Shown here: positions 36,976 to 50,596 of the stretch, one piece after another
How positions within the stretch are numbered: the stretch's first letter is position 1
Layout of the letters: each line of letters opens with the position of its first letter
NCBI GenBank assembly: GCA_009103225.1
Contig: RHPI01001507.1
Span: 549,513-613,512, forward strand
Source of the DNA: Chlorokybus atmophyticus
Lineage: Eukaryota > Plantae > Mesostigma and Chlorokybus algae
Direction: 5' to 3'
DNA: 64,000 nt
Translations under genes and position numbers: made by a program
Notes under the pieces: generated by a model
Seen by the model: the letters and a program-made list of their open reading frames with translations, nothing else
Told to the model about the DNA's origin: nothing
Database searches by the model: none

Positions 36976-39900
36976 CTAGATGCACAACTCATCAATATGT
37001 ATCAATCTTGAGAGCCACAACAATCCCGTCATATTATTCATAAAGCCAACAGAACACCATGCCGGTAGGTTACCTGCTTCATGCACAGAATTATAAACTT
37101 TATCATTCCCTTTCAACAGATTTGTAGCATGGCCGCGCTATAGCCATTAGCTTTGCGCCACGGCTTAAGCACTTGATCACAGGTTCATCTGTGTGTTAAG
37201 AGAATGGTCGGCGTCCTTATTGAAAATCCGATGAGCCTGCTAGGCAAGCGGCTTAAGCTGCAACAATTGACAGTGTGTGCGCGCATGCGCGTGCCCACAA
37301 TGCGTGTGTGCGTGCTTGTGTCACAGGTTGTGTGCTTATGTATGCGCCTATGTGCGACATGGCATGCGTACATGCGCGTGCGTGTAAGTGTGCACGTGCG
37401 CATGCGCTTATGAGTGCGTGTGCATAGGCGTATGGGAGTGCATGCATGGGTAAGGCAGTCAATTCTAGGCGGTGGCGGTACCAAACAATCTGTAACCTAC
37501 ATTGAGAAGGGATTCATCATTAAAGCTGCTCGTTTCTTGGCTGCTTGCATTGGGTTGACGCTTTTATGCGCTTGCCGCGGCACCGTTTTTTTGTAGTGGA
37601 AACCTGCTTGAAGACACCAAACAGCATCCATATAACAAGATGTGATGGCAAATACCATACAACCTCTGCATGACAACTGCATGTGCAGACATGTGCAGGA
37701 CACGTGCAACTACACGCGCATGCTTGCATATTACCTCTGCAGTGCTGGTCTTGGCAACTGCACCACGCTTGTCATGCTTGTGTGGACGCTCAAGCTGCTG
37801 AATAGGCGCTTGTTGCGAGACGGCCGTTTGTGGAGCTGAGATCATAACTGTCTCGGGTGCACCCTCAACATCGGTTTCTTTGCTTGGCTATTGACTTTCC
37901 CCTGAGCATACACACATTGAACAAGTAACTATGCAACAAGGATTGCAATTGTATTGAACTTGCGCTTGGTGTGCGAATTCCCGTTAAACATTAAGCGTTG
38001 CAGAGGTTAAACTCTTCCTCCTCACATTCCAGCAACTCAATACGCAAAGTTTCCGCACACAGTCACATGCACATTGTAAATAGCTTTAAACTTGCTATTC
38101 AAGCTCATATGCATACTGCAGCTGTCTACCACCTCATAATTGCCGCCACAACAACTTGCTTGTGGTGGAGAAGGCGTAGGCTTTCATCTAAGATTTTATT
38201 GAGCATGCTTGTAAAGCTTTAATACGTGCCTGCAATAGCAGAGATTTCAGATATTATGTAAGTCTCAAAGTAATATGCAAGTTGCATACTACTGCAGCAC
38301 AATTACTACACGCTTATCTATCTGACTTAGCCGCTTGCTTATAAGCGTGCTTGCCGCACGTATGGCTTGCGTCGCGTGCTTGCAAGAGAGCCATGAGAGC
38401 CCCTACAAGCTCACGCTTCCGCAATACACACACGGTTAGAACAGCATTTTGCACGCATCATACACTCGCACTCACCATCTCTCTGCAGCTCTCAAAGTGT
38501 CTTCATTGTGCTCAGCATTTATTGCCGATAGTGCCGCTGAAAACAAGCATTAATGAGAAAGAGCATGTTGCGAGTAAGTATTAGCAAGCAACACCACAAT
38601 ATACAATGAATATTGTCCTTGACGTGAACATCAACATTGCAGGGATTGGAGTCGTCGACATTATCATCATTTATGAAGCTTAGCGGCGAGCGACTTGGAG
38701 CAAGAAGCCTTCATATAACTGTATTAATGTACTAAGCTAGCAAGCACTCTTTTACAAAATTCACCACGACAGGCAGCTGAGCAAGCAACTTGGAGCAAGA
38801 AGCTATGAAACGAAGCTAGCAAGCAAGCAATCCTTCACAACTCCGTCAGCTATTACAGCTGGCGGAGCAGCAAGCAACTTGGAGCAGGGAGCATACAGTC
38901 ACCGAGATAGCAAGACCTACGTGCTACATCTATAGCTAGCTCAACAAAAGTGTTCAATACGTTGTATGTCAATATTAGGAGTGTGGAGCAATGATTGTGC
39001 TCAGCTATTGCAGGCATGAGTGGAGCAGGCACTTCAATCCTTTACATGAGCGTTGGGAATATCCAATTTTCTAGCAGGGCACATTGATAATAGCAATCAT
39101 TGCTGTTGTCAATGTGCATTGCGCACATTGAAGTCATAAAGGTGTTTGCGTAGCACGACGCTCTCAACCAACACACGATCAGATTTGCATCATGTAACAA
39201 TGCCTTCAAGGCTCGCCAACGGGAGTCACAAGTCATCCTTTACATAAAGCACCTTTGTTGCACTGTGAGCATTTGCACCTCAACTCATAATTTTGATTTT
39301 GCTTTTTTAGCTAATAACAAACTAGACCGAGAGTTTAATGGTACAGCTAACCAAACAAGGCATTGGTAACATGAAAATTACAAAACAGAAGGGTAAGGCA
39401 TGCGAGTTCAACTCGCATTTGATAATCTATTGAAGTACAAGGTACAGGATGCAGGCCTTACTTGGGTCTGAAAGACTTGGATCGCGCCTGTCGTCTTTCA
39501 GGGGTGAGGCGCCCACTTGTAGCCACTCCTCTGCAGCCCGCACCATGACGGCTTGCAAGAACTGAGTTCTTCCGCAACACTTAAGGGTAGCAAGGGAGGG
39601 AGCACATCGGAGAGATAACACAAAAAACACCACAAAGCAATGGGACGTAATGCATGCCAGATAACAGTGAGAGTTGGATGAAAGGATCCCCATCCTGCCC
39701 CGAATCAGATCATGTTATTTACTCTTTCCCTAGTCCAATATGGGATTAAAGCTCTCGTTCTAACATGCCTGAAAAAAAATCGACCAAGAACTAGAGGGAG
39801 TTTGAATATGGCCATTGAAGAAAGGTGTAGAGTGTAGTCACCACCTCCTTGCTGCGACAATTTGAAAAACGCTCTCCGGTCGAGAGGGCGCTGTGCCACA

Positions 39901-40567
39901 TTAATGGCGGTCGTCGAACTTCATAATGGCATTGAATGTAAAATAACACAATGTATACGCACGGCCTGTCAAGGCCCTTGACGGCGTGGATGCCTCGTAA
40001 AGATCGTCTATGTCACAGTCCATAACAGGAGGCCATTGTCCGGCCACAATCTACCATGGTCACAAGGTACACATCTTTTGATGAAATCAATCATGCAGTC
40101 TATGTGCAATATGGTGTGAAATATGGTGGGGGGCGAGCTGTGCAGTCACCCATCCTGAGTTGGGATTTTCAACACTGTTATAAACGAACGGCGCTTGACT
40201 GCGTGGCGCTGCGGCACAATGCTATCATGCACAACGAACTTTTCATATGGGCCATTGCACAGAGTGTTTTGCAACCAAGTCCCTATATAACGTTATACAC
40301 GTTAAAACAGGCTGCTAATCATTGCCAGTGGCCAAAAGAGGCGACGGTGACGGCGGTGGCGGTGGTAGGGANNNNNNNNNNNNNNNNNNNNNNNNNNNNN
40401 NNNNNNNNNNNNNNNNNNNNNNNNNNNNNNNNNNNNNNNNNNNNNNNNNNNNNNNNNNNNNNNNNNNNNNNNNNNNNNNNNNNNNNNNNNNNNNNNNNNN
40501 NNNNNNNNNNNNNNNNNNNNNNNNNNNNNNNNNNNNNNNNNNNNNNNNNNNNNNNNNNNNNNNNNNG

Positions 40568-42177
40568 GGGGGGGAGGCACTCGCCGAGTGTGCGCGGGGC
40601 AAGTTCGGCAGAGAGAGGATAAATACATGCGAGAAGTAAAGGCGAGAGATCCGGGAGTCCTCACGCGTCCGTAGGGTTGGATTCTGTGCTCTGCCCATTG
40701 CAAAGAGTGGCACCTTACATCTTGAGAGCACTGTATCCGGTGCTGCATTAACCTATCCTCCACGAAAGACGCAAGTGTTGTAATAGAGTAATTAATGCAA
40801 CGCAACTCGCCCCGCGCGTTTGAAAGGAAGTTTACGAGTTGCCTTTGTAATCACATTTGACCGAGTTGACGAAATGTTAACATGTTTTACTACAGCAAGA
40901 GCCCACCTTGTAAGACTTTCCAAATTTGCACCTTGTGCTTTAAGGTTTGTTCAATGTACGTATATTCATAAAAGCGCATATGGTATCAATAACATGTATG
41001 CAAGCAAATATGTTACATTCAAACTATGACGGTGCTCGTGCCTTGTCACCTGTGAGTTGGTCCAATCCACAACCCTCTCACCAAGACACGGTATTCACAC
41101 CGGAACCTTGCCCCCTCTGCCAAGCACACACGCGCGCCCCGCCACTCGCGTACGCACGCGCTTGCGCTCGAAGCTACACACCGACTTGTGTAGCGCCTTG
41201 GATCGTCACACAAGCAAGCACACACCAGTGGACACACGCTAGCAACCCCTTCTAGCCACCACCAAGCTTGCACACAAGAAACTAGGGAGCTAAAGGTTGT
41301 ATTGCAAATTGTAAAATGTCACTTTTATACCTACCAGTCTGCTCATGCTACTGTCTAGACGATTCTAGCGCTGGGGGGGAGGCACTCGCCGAGTGTGCGC
41401 GGGGCAAGTTCGGCAGAGAGAGGATAAATACATGCGAGAAGTAAAGGCGAGAGATCCGGGAGTCCTCACGCGTCCGTAGGGTTGGATTCTGTGCTCTGCC
41501 CATTGCAAAGAGTGGCACCTTACATCTTGAGAGCACTGTATCCGGTGCTGCATTAACCTATCCTCCACGAAAGACGCAAGTGTTGTAATAGAGTAATTAA
41601 TGCAACGCAACTCGCCCCGCGCGTTTGAAAGGAAGTTTACGAGTTGCCTTTGTAATCACATTTGACCGAGTTGACGAAATGTTAACATGTTTTACTACAG
41701 CAAGAGCCCACCTTGTAAGACTTTCCAAATTTGCACCTTGTGCTTTAAGGTTTGTTCAATGTACGTATATTCATAAAAGCGCATATGGTATCAATAACAT
41801 GTATGCAAGCAAATATGTTACATTCAAACTATGACGGTGCTCGTGCCTTGTCACCTGTGAGTTGGTCCAATCCACAACCCTCTCACCAAGACACGGTATT
41901 CACACCGGAACCTTGCCCCCTCTGCCAAGCACACACGCGCGCCCCGCCACTCGCGTACGCACGCGCTTGCGCTCGAAGCTACACACCGACTTGTGTAGCG
42001 CCTTGGATCGTCACACAAGCAAGCACACACCAGTGGACACACGCTAGCAACCCCTTCTAGCCACCACCAAGCTTGCACACAAGAAACTAGGGAGCTAAAG
42101 GTTGTATTGCAAATTGTAAAATGTCACTTTTATACCTACCAGTCTGCTCATGCTACTGTCTAGACGATTCTAGCGCT
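40568..42177. repeat. Apparently exact 805-bp tandem duplication next to N gap 40372-40566 (likely assembly artefact)
   Basis: 40568-41372 equals 41373-42177, including the CAAAC TSD, the mutated LTR end TATGACGG and part of the G2 LTR. Confidence 0.85.
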
Positions 42178-42519
42178 AGACGGAACTAGAAGCTAAGATA
42201 TAATTGGAGAATCTTGTAGTACACTTCTAGACCTTTCCAACGCACCAAAGATCTCCTAATTTGCTGCTCATATGGTCAAGTTATACTACTTGGCGCTAGG
42301 CCCTTTCAGAAATCTGGTCGAGCCCTTCTCGACTGGCCCTCCGTTTTCTGGCACCTTCCGGACTGGTCTTGGGGCCCCGGTCGATATCCGCGGCAGACTC
42401 ATAACTCGCCGATATCCGCCACAAGTCATACAAAACATGTACCTTACAAATAAGGCCTAAAACGGCCATGAAAATCACAAAATTTGGCCTTGACTGTTAT
42501 ATTCCTCCCGCCCCATGTG

Positions 42520-45500
42520 AGCTTCGTCCTCGAAGCTCGCGAGGTTGTCGTCGAGCAAGATAGGCATGCACAACGTCTTGAGCATTAGTCAAGTGTGCCT
42601 CTGGCTCCTAGGATGCTTCATGCAGCGGATAGCCTTTCCATTTCACTAAGAACTTGCGTACGCCATGCACAAACTTCTCACCAAGGATGTCTTCTACCTC
42701 CCACTCTGGTTCACCGTCCGTGCCAACCTCGGGGGGCGGCCTTTCTGGCGGTTGTCCTCGATATGCTTTCAGAAGGGAGACGTGAAAAACGGGGTGCACA
42801 CGCATGGTGTCGGGTAGCTCCAGCTTGTACGCCACGTCCGAGACAACTTTGCTGATCTTAAATGGTCCCAACCAGCGTTCATTCAACTTGCAAACTCCCG
42901 TACGCACCTGTACGTGCTTCGCGGAGAGTAACACAATGTCGCCTTCCTTAAATGTGAGGTGTCGGCGATGCGCGTCCGCGTACTGCTTCTGCCGATTTTG
43001 TGCCACCAATAGCGCCTCCCTAGCTGCCTTATTAATGTCCGCGCACTTTGTAAGGAAGTTATTGGTTGCCTCCACACGCACGTCATGTCGTCGCGGTGTC
43101 CATGCCGTCAACGGTGTCAATGGATGTTGCCCGTAGTTCATAAGGAAGGGAGTGACACCTGTGCTTGCATTGTGGTGGTTGTTGATCGCAAACTCCACCA
43201 ACTCAAGCAGCTCCGCCCAATTGTCTTGTCGCGCGTTAATGTAGCAACGCAGAATGTCCTCAATCACACGATTGGCCCGCTCCGTTTGCCCATCAGTTTG
43301 CGGGTGGAATGCCGTGCTAAACTTCAGTGTGGTACTAAGTGCACTATGCAGCGCCTCCCAAAACTTACTTGTAAAGCGCGGGTCGCGATCACTCACAATA
43401 CTTCGTGGTAATCCATGAGAACGAAACACATGCTTCACGAACAAGCGTGCTGCCTCCGGTGCCGTGCAAGACTCACTACACGGTGCCAAGCGTACCATTT
43501 TGCTGGTTTTATCGACGAACACAAGTATAGCGTCGTACCCTTCTTTTGTCTTTGGTAGCCCCGTGATAAAGTCCATGGTATTTTGCTCCCACTTGGATAA
43601 TGGCACAGGGAGAGGTTGCAGCAACCCACCTGGCTTTTGGTTGCTTGCCTTCACCCTTTGGCATGCGTCGCACAACGCCACGTAGTCGCGCACATCGCGA
43701 TGCATCTCTCGTCAGTAAAAACGCTGCTTCAAGCTTGCCAAAGTCCTCTCCAACCCTTGGTGACCAACAATGGGCACGTCATGAGCTTCCTTCAACAACT
43801 TCACACGGATATGCGCGACGTTGGGGATGTACAAGCGCCCGTGGTGCCAAAGCAGCCCGTCGCGCATTGACCAATGCCCACTTGTGTCCGTAGCTGCATT
43901 TTCCAGCTCTTGTAACACTTTCATACCCTCCGTGTCTTCACGAAGCACTTGCCGAATCTGGTCGGTCCACTCGGGCTGCACTTGAGCCAGGGCCTCAATT
44001 GCATTAAGCCGGCTCAGCGCGTCAGCAGCACCATTTGACGTACCGGGCTTGTACTTGATATCGAAATCAAAAAGTTGAAAGAACTCAAGCCATCGAGCTT
44101 GTCTGCGACTTAGATGAGGTTGTGTTTGTAAGTATCTCAGTGGAGAGTGATCCGTCTCAAGCACGAACTTTTTGCCTTCCAAAAAACAACGCCATTGTCG
44201 TAGCGCCATGACTTGCGCTAAAAGTTCCTTCTCGTGCACGGGGTAATTCAGCTTCGCACCACTCATCTTCTTGCTGAAGAATGCTACTGGTTGAAGGCCG
44301 TTGCCATGGTCTTGCTGCAAAACAGCTCCTACGGCTGTGTCGGACGCGTCGCAAGCCAAAATAAATGTCTTTTCCATGTTGGGGTGAGCCAGGACTGGTG
44401 CCTCCGTCAGCGCCTTCTTCAACGCAGCAAATGCATGTTCCTCTGTTGCTGACCAGCTCCAAGGCTTTCCCTTCTTGAGTAGGGCAGTTAAGGGAGCAGC
44501 TATGCGCGAAACCCCATGATAAACTTGCGATAGTACCCCGCAAGGCCTAAAAAGGACAACACCTCCTTTACGTTCGTTGGGGAAGCCCACTCGCGCACCA
44601 CCTGCACTTTGTTGGGGTCCGGCTTGATGCCTTCATGCGACACGATGTGGCCTAGGTACTCCACCTCTCGAAACAAGAATTTGCACTTTTGTAGCCGGGC
44701 GTACAGCTTGTGTTCGCGCAAACGCTGCAACACGCGCCGTAGAAGTGCCACGTGCTCCTCCTTGGTTTTTGCGTAAACCAAAATGTCGTCGAGGTACACG
44801 AGGATTCCCTTACCAATCAAGTCAGCAAAAACGCTGTTCATAAGTGTTTGAGATGTTGCCGGTGCGTTCGTAAGTCCGAAGGACATGACCAACCACTCGT
44901 AGTGCCCATAACGTGTGTTAAACGCTGTGTTTTCTCCACATCCTCGGGCGCGATGCGGATTTGGTGATAACCTCCAGCAAGATCAAGTGTTGTGAAGTAC
45001 TGCGCACCTTGCAATTGCTCTAGCAACTCGTCGATACGTGGGAGTGGAAAGCAATTCCTCTTCGTGATGTTGTTGAGAGCTCGGTAGTCGACGCACATGC
45101 GCAAGCTCCCGTTCTTCTTTCGTACAAACAAAATAGGTGCACCATAGGGGGACTTACTAGGCCTAATGTAGCCTCTTTTCAGCAAGTCTGCCACCTGCCT
45201 CTCGGCCTCTTCCAGCTCCAAAGGTGACAACTTGTATACGGGTCGATACGGTGGCTTGTGCACGCCCTCAATCAGCTCCACACGGTGGTCTACGCTCCGT
45301 GGAGGTGGTAGACCAGATGGAAGTCCGTCCACCATGATATCTTGGTATTCTTTAACAAGTTTACACACCGCGGGGTCCATCGTAGCCGTCTTAACATCGT
45401 TACTCAGCTCGAGTGCTGATTTTGCAATGTTTTCGCGCACCACGCACAACCATGCAGCCTTTGCCTTCCGTGGAGACAATAACTTCCTCAATTGCACATA

Positions 45501-46106
45501 ACAGATGTGGGCAATTGTCGTGCCACCAGATTGTGCGTGCCGCGCCTCGATAACGTCCGACGCAGCTTGAATGGATTTTCCACCATTTCGTTCGATGGTG
45601 AGCGCGCGCTTCCTCCAATTGATGGATGGATTATGTTGCCATAGCCACGGTAGTCCCAATATCCCGTCAAACCCGTTCCGTAGGGTGATGCAGCAAAATC
45701 GCATGTTCTCCTTCATCTTCCCAATGCGAACGCACAACTCTTTGGTCATAAATGTAGCGCCATCACCTCCAGAGGGTGGCTCTCCATCAGCGAGCTTCAC
45801 TTTACCTCCTCGTAATGACGAAAGCCAACCGTAACGCCGCGCGATATTAATACTCATAAAGTTTCTGGTGGCACCGATATCAATCATGAGCTTACACTCT
45901 CTCCATCGTCCTTGGTCATCGCAAATGTGTGCTCGAAGCCCAAAGTACTTTGTTGTCTCCTCGTTTGCATAACTCACCACCATTGGCACGTTCAAAGCCA
46001 TCTCCTCTTGCTTCTTTAATGGAAATGTCACAGCATCCGTCCGTGCATGAGGCTCCTTCCTATCCCCAACAGTAGCCTCCTCACCTACTGGGGGAAGTCG
46101 TTTTCC
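42520..46106 (-). pseudogene. pol: G2 pol (protease, RT, RNase H, integrase, chromodomain), with a few frameshifts and Trp-to-stop changes
   Basis: LMIDIGATRNF; LRMCVDYRALN; VMSFGLTNAPAT; VYLDDIL; ACDASDTAVGAVLQQ; CDACQRVK; SDRDPRFTS; HPQTDGQTERAN; WEVEDILGEKFVHGVRKFLVKWKGYP. Confidence 0.94.
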
Positions 46107-47113
46107 TGCTCCACGCCATTTTGCTCCATGGTGTTAACGCGACGATCACGGCGAGGGTTGCCATCCGGTGTTGGCCTTTGCGTGCTTCGTTTGGGGCATC
46201 CGTACGCCAAATGCTCCGTCGACCCACACGCATAACACTTGCGCACACCTTTACCTCTTTCACCACGTCCGCCGTGCTTCGCCTCACTTCCATGCGTGTG
46301 TATGGCACCCACCTCCATTGGTGCAGGCCCAGAGTCAGCTCCACCTCCATTGGCAAGTGCTGAACTTGGTTCTCCTCGTCTCCATGCATGTTGAAAGCCT
46401 CCCCGGGGCTGATCACCATGCCTTTGCCTCCAGTCAGTGTTTCTTGTGGTGGACTTGAAGTACAACGCGTCGAGACGCTCCGCGATGCGTATAGCCTCCG
46501 CAAGTGTCTTCGGGTCCCGTAGCTCCACTTCTTTACGCCCCAAAGGTTTTAACCCACATGTATACCTGTCCAGCTGCTCCTCCTCGGTCATATTGGGTAT
46601 GGACATCACCAATCGCTGAAACGCGGCCTTGTACGCCATTACCGACCCCATTTGCACAAGGGCTGCAAGTTTGTCGCGTGCGGCCTTCACGCTCTCAACG
46701 GGAACAAATTGATGCCTGACCTTCAATGCCAACTCTTCCATGGTGGTCAATGGTAGCGCCAACCCGTTTGCAACACGCGTACATCCATGCCTCCACCACA
46801 CAAGTGTTGCACCTTCAAGCAATGTCGCTGCAACCTTCACGTGCAGATGCGTGGGCACCTCCGTGAGCTTCAACCAAGACGATACTTGAAAAATCCATTC
46901 ATCCACTGCATCTCCATCACGTTGACCCCTGAATGGCTTGGGCTTTGGCACCTTCACATGCACGCGCGAGCTTGATGCCATGGGAATTTGTACACGCGCC
47001 ATCGCATGCTCATACGCCTCGCGTTGTGCTTGTGCCGCCGCTTGAGTGTGATGAAGCTCTTCCCTCAGTGCCAAGATGGCAGCTTGAAGCTCTTCCATGC
47101 GAGCATCCTCCAT
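46085..47113 (-). CDS. gag: G2 gag (intact ORF) with CCHC zinc knuckle
   Basis: MEDARMEELQ...KVPKPKPFRGQRDGDAVDEWIF...WWR...PAPMEVG...CYACGSTEHLAYGC...QENDFPQ*. Confidence 0.92.
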   Translation of the reverse strand: MEDARMEELQAAILALREELHHTQAAAQAQREAYEHAMARVQIPMASSSRVHVKVPKPKPFRGQRDGDAVDEWIFQVSSWLKLTEVPTHLHVKVAATLLEGATLVWWRHGCTRVANGLALPLTTMEELALKVRHQFVPVESVKAARDKLAALVQMGSVMAYKAAFQRLVMSIPNMTEEEQLDRYTCGLKPLGRKEVELRDPKTLAEAIRIAERLDALYFKSTTRNTDWRQRHGDQPRGGFQHAWRRGEPSSALANGGGADSGPAPMEVGAIHTHGSEAKHGGRGERGKGVRKCYACGSTEHLAYGCPKRSTQRPTPDGNPRRDRRVNTMEQNGVEQENDFPQ

Positions 47114-50100
47114 CTCCACTAACACACTACACTCCGCTTCCGAATGAAAAGTGTAAACGCCCACACACTTCCTCTCTCACCTTCGTAAACCGTGCTCCGA
47201 TACCAGTTGTGACGGTGCTCGTGCCTTGTCACCTGTGAGTTGGTCCAATCCACAACCCTCTCACCAAGACACGGTATTCACACCGGAACCTTGCCCCCTC
47301 TGCCAAGCACACACGCGCGCCCTGCCACTCGCGTATGCACGCGCTTGCGCTCGAAGCTACACACCGACTTGTGTAGCGCCTTGGATCGTCACACAAGCAA
47401 GCACACACCAGTGGACACACGCTAGCAACCCCTTCTAGCCACCACCAAGCTTGCACACAAGAAACTAGGGAGCTAAAGGTTGTATTGCAAATTGTAGAAT
47501 GTCACTTTTATACCTACCAGTCTGCACATGCTACTGTCTAGACGATTCTAGCGCTAGACGGAACTAGAAGCTAAGATATAATTGCAGAATCTTGTAGTAC
47601 ACTTCTAGACCTTTCCAACGCACCAAAGATCTCCTAATTTGCTGCTCATATGGTCAAGTTATACTACTTGGCGCCAGGCCCTTCCAGAAATCTGGTCGAG
47701 CCCTTCTCGACTGGCACTCCGTTTTCTGGCACCTTCCGGACTGGTCTTGGGGCCCCGGTCGATATCCGCGGCAGACTCATAACTCACCGATATCCGCCAC
47801 AAGTCATACAAAACATGTAGCTTACAAATAAGGCCTAAAACGGCCATGAATATCACATTGTTTGGCCTTGACTGTTACACAAACGGTACGAGGTATATGC
47901 AATGTGCTTTCGAAGAAATTTTTACCCGTAGGTGCCACCCACACTTGCTTGATATTTATTTTTTGTACTTGGGTACCTGTTACATGCAGTGCTGAATTGC
48001 ATCCATTCGTAAGCCTTGCACATGTACACGTGCATCCACTCAGCGTCGCCGGGAGTTCTTCACAAGGGCTTGTGCTCGCATACATATGTGTATATGCACA
48101 GATAGTGCGTCAAGGAATCAATACATAGCGTGCTATTCATGTAGCGCGGACTGAAAATCATTTTCAAGCTGTATATATGTATGATACAACAAAATACATT
48201 ATACTTATAGTATAAAGATTTTGAGCCAATTGAACATTAAGTACTTGGACTCTTTGCACTATTGACCACGAACGAGACTCTCTTCATTAAGTCGGTGGCA
48301 TACTGCGATGATAGTTAAATAACTGTTGGAACGTTAACCCCCAACATGGCAGCCCCCGAAGTTCGCTTAACCAAAGTATAATGCAATAAGCTTTATTGAT
48401 CATATTCACCATCATATGATTCCATACCGCAACGCAGTCATGGTAAAGGCTGTGTGAGATGCAACGCAATGCCATTCGCCGATTGCGCAACCAACAAGTC
48501 GATGTCAATACTTTTTATATATTACAAGGTGTCTCAGGCAACAAAGCTAGTGCTTACCTTTTAATGAGATAGACTAGTCGCAACATTATTGTGGCAGTTG
48601 CTGTCATTGTGACAGTGTCAAATGTTAAGAATCTTGTGGAATAACTCCTTTTATGTGTACACTGAATGCAATATGGTATTTGGGTGTGCGTACAAGATGT
48701 GCAAGGTGCCGTATAAAACCTGCTATGTTGTCACATGCATGCATGCATGCATGTGACTATGCATGCTATTCACAAATTACTCACGGTCCATAACAGCTTC
48801 ACAGCATACCACCGAGCCAACGTCAACTACTTTTGTCTTGAACACCGCTACTGAGTACTGTGTGTACATAAGATGCAACGGGGATGTCATGCATGCAACC
48901 AACCCATACACAACATGCATTAGTCATGAGACATTCCATTGTGTGTGTGGATGTGTGTACATGATATATATGACGTCCTTGTTGTACACACGCATGCAGT
49001 ATGCATATCACTCAAGCATTTCACTCATGCTAGTATACATCTCACCGTTGATACCATCGGGCTATGCTACTGCACTACTCCACACCAACTAGCCTTCCCC
49101 GTTATACATGCATATGGTAGAGCAATCGGGGCCAGCAGTGGACAAAGCATAGCAACACACCGCATAGCAAGACCGAATGAACGGCCACAACCCAAGCACC
49201 AACCCACACAGCCAAGCACCACTAACACAACTTACACAAACTACATTATGAGGGCCTGGACCCTATGTGCGTGCAATGGTATGTGCAATGGTGGATGGCT
49301 CGAGCAAGGAGCAACAGCTTGGCTACCTGCATGCACATGCACACTTTTTTCATTACCTGCCCACATGGGCTGCATGTGTCCGTCACAAATGTGCATGAAA
49401 GATGACTTACACCCTAAGCATACGTACAAACATCTCAGGGGTTGTTGACAACATGTAAATGCCTTCCGCGCAATCAAGTGTATATGAGTGCGGGGGTGGT
49501 GTGCTAAGCGTGTGCGTGGCTGGGTGCGGCTTAGCGAGAGCGAGAACGCGACGTGACGTGACGCAACATGTCTCACGTTGTCATCACGCGACATGCCCGC
49601 TGTCAGAGCCTTCAAGCGGTATACCCGCTTTGCCGGTTCGCATCACAGTGAACCGGTACACTTGCAGAGAGAGCGGGGTATGATACCCAAGGTATCACAT
49701 ATACCCAGGGCATCACACCCTAGTGGTGCCCCACAACACGCAGTGCATGTTGCCTTACACCTCTTCGCTTTGCAACTGCTTTGCAGCTGCTGAAAGCCAC
49801 CGAAGTAGATACGAATATGCGCCAGAAGCATCGGAGACGATGGGGCAGCACGGAAGCATATAGAAGCTAAGTGTTCTGTTCACTTTTGGTATGTATTTCG
49901 GAACCAATGGCAGTGCTTTGTACCGTACGCATAGCGGTTCCCCTCCCCCTGTCATGTCAAGTATGCAACCCAAGTCCTCATGTGACATGTGTCCAAGCGT
50001 AAAATGCAATCATCAACAGACTTAGTCATGTTTACTAAACATGGACATGTTTTTTATCCCCTACTCCGAGTAGGGCAGGGATCTATAGACTCTACAGACC

Positions 50101-50349
50101 TGAATGATGCCAAAGCCCCTTGTCTTCTTATGCATGCCAGGCAACAACAGACTTCTCACTCTTTCTTACCCTTTCTGGCCTGTTAGGCAGGCAGAGGAGG
50201 CTTGTGTGACAACACTGCCGTCTGCTGTGTGACGAGACAGGGGGCAACATTATCGTCAACCGCAGAGTTGTTGAAAGAGGACCACGCAACACGGCGGCTG
50301 CTGGGGAATATTACCCCGCCGCTATACCTGTTTCTCGCACCGTCCTGTG

Positions 50350-50356
50350 TATAAAA
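50350..50356 (+). promoter_or_regulatory. Probable TATA box of the 2H-protein gene; 5'UTR intron 50412-50565
   Basis: TATAAAA ~55 nt before an AAG|GTACGA donor; branch-like GCTAAC at 50521; acceptor TGCAG at 50565; start context CACCATGG at 50597. Confidence 0.6.
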
Positions 50357-50596
50357 TGGGGCCCTTGTCGCTGCAGTGCAGAACAGAGCTGTCGTGAGAG
50401 GAAGTGTTAAGGTACGAAACAGTGCATTGTCCCCTTCCGCTCTGCTGTCGTGTGCACGTGCATGCGTGTCTATGCATTTGCTTTTACATGTGCAATGCAC
50501 ATTGTGCATGCATTCTCTAAGCTAACCGCCATTTCCTGGATTGTCTTTTCTGCGTGCGAGTGCAGAATCTGTCCAGGACATTGCCACTCTGTCACC

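Larger units (their letters stand above)
41830..47879 (-). mobile_element. Full-length Ty3/Gypsy chromovirus-type LTR retrotransposon (element G2), younger than G1
   Basis: 672-bp LTRs 47208-47879 (5') and 41830-42501 (3'); TSD CAAAC at 41825-41829 and 47880-47884; PBS TGGTATCGGAGC 47205-47194; PPT GGGGCGGGAGGAA 42514-42502; about 16 LTR-LTR differences by eye. Confidence 0.97.

Noticed and set aside
40568-41372. A third LTR or second G2-family insertion
   Set aside because: Apparently identical to 41373-42177 including flank, TSD and a private mutation, and adjacent to a gap; best explained by contig overlap.
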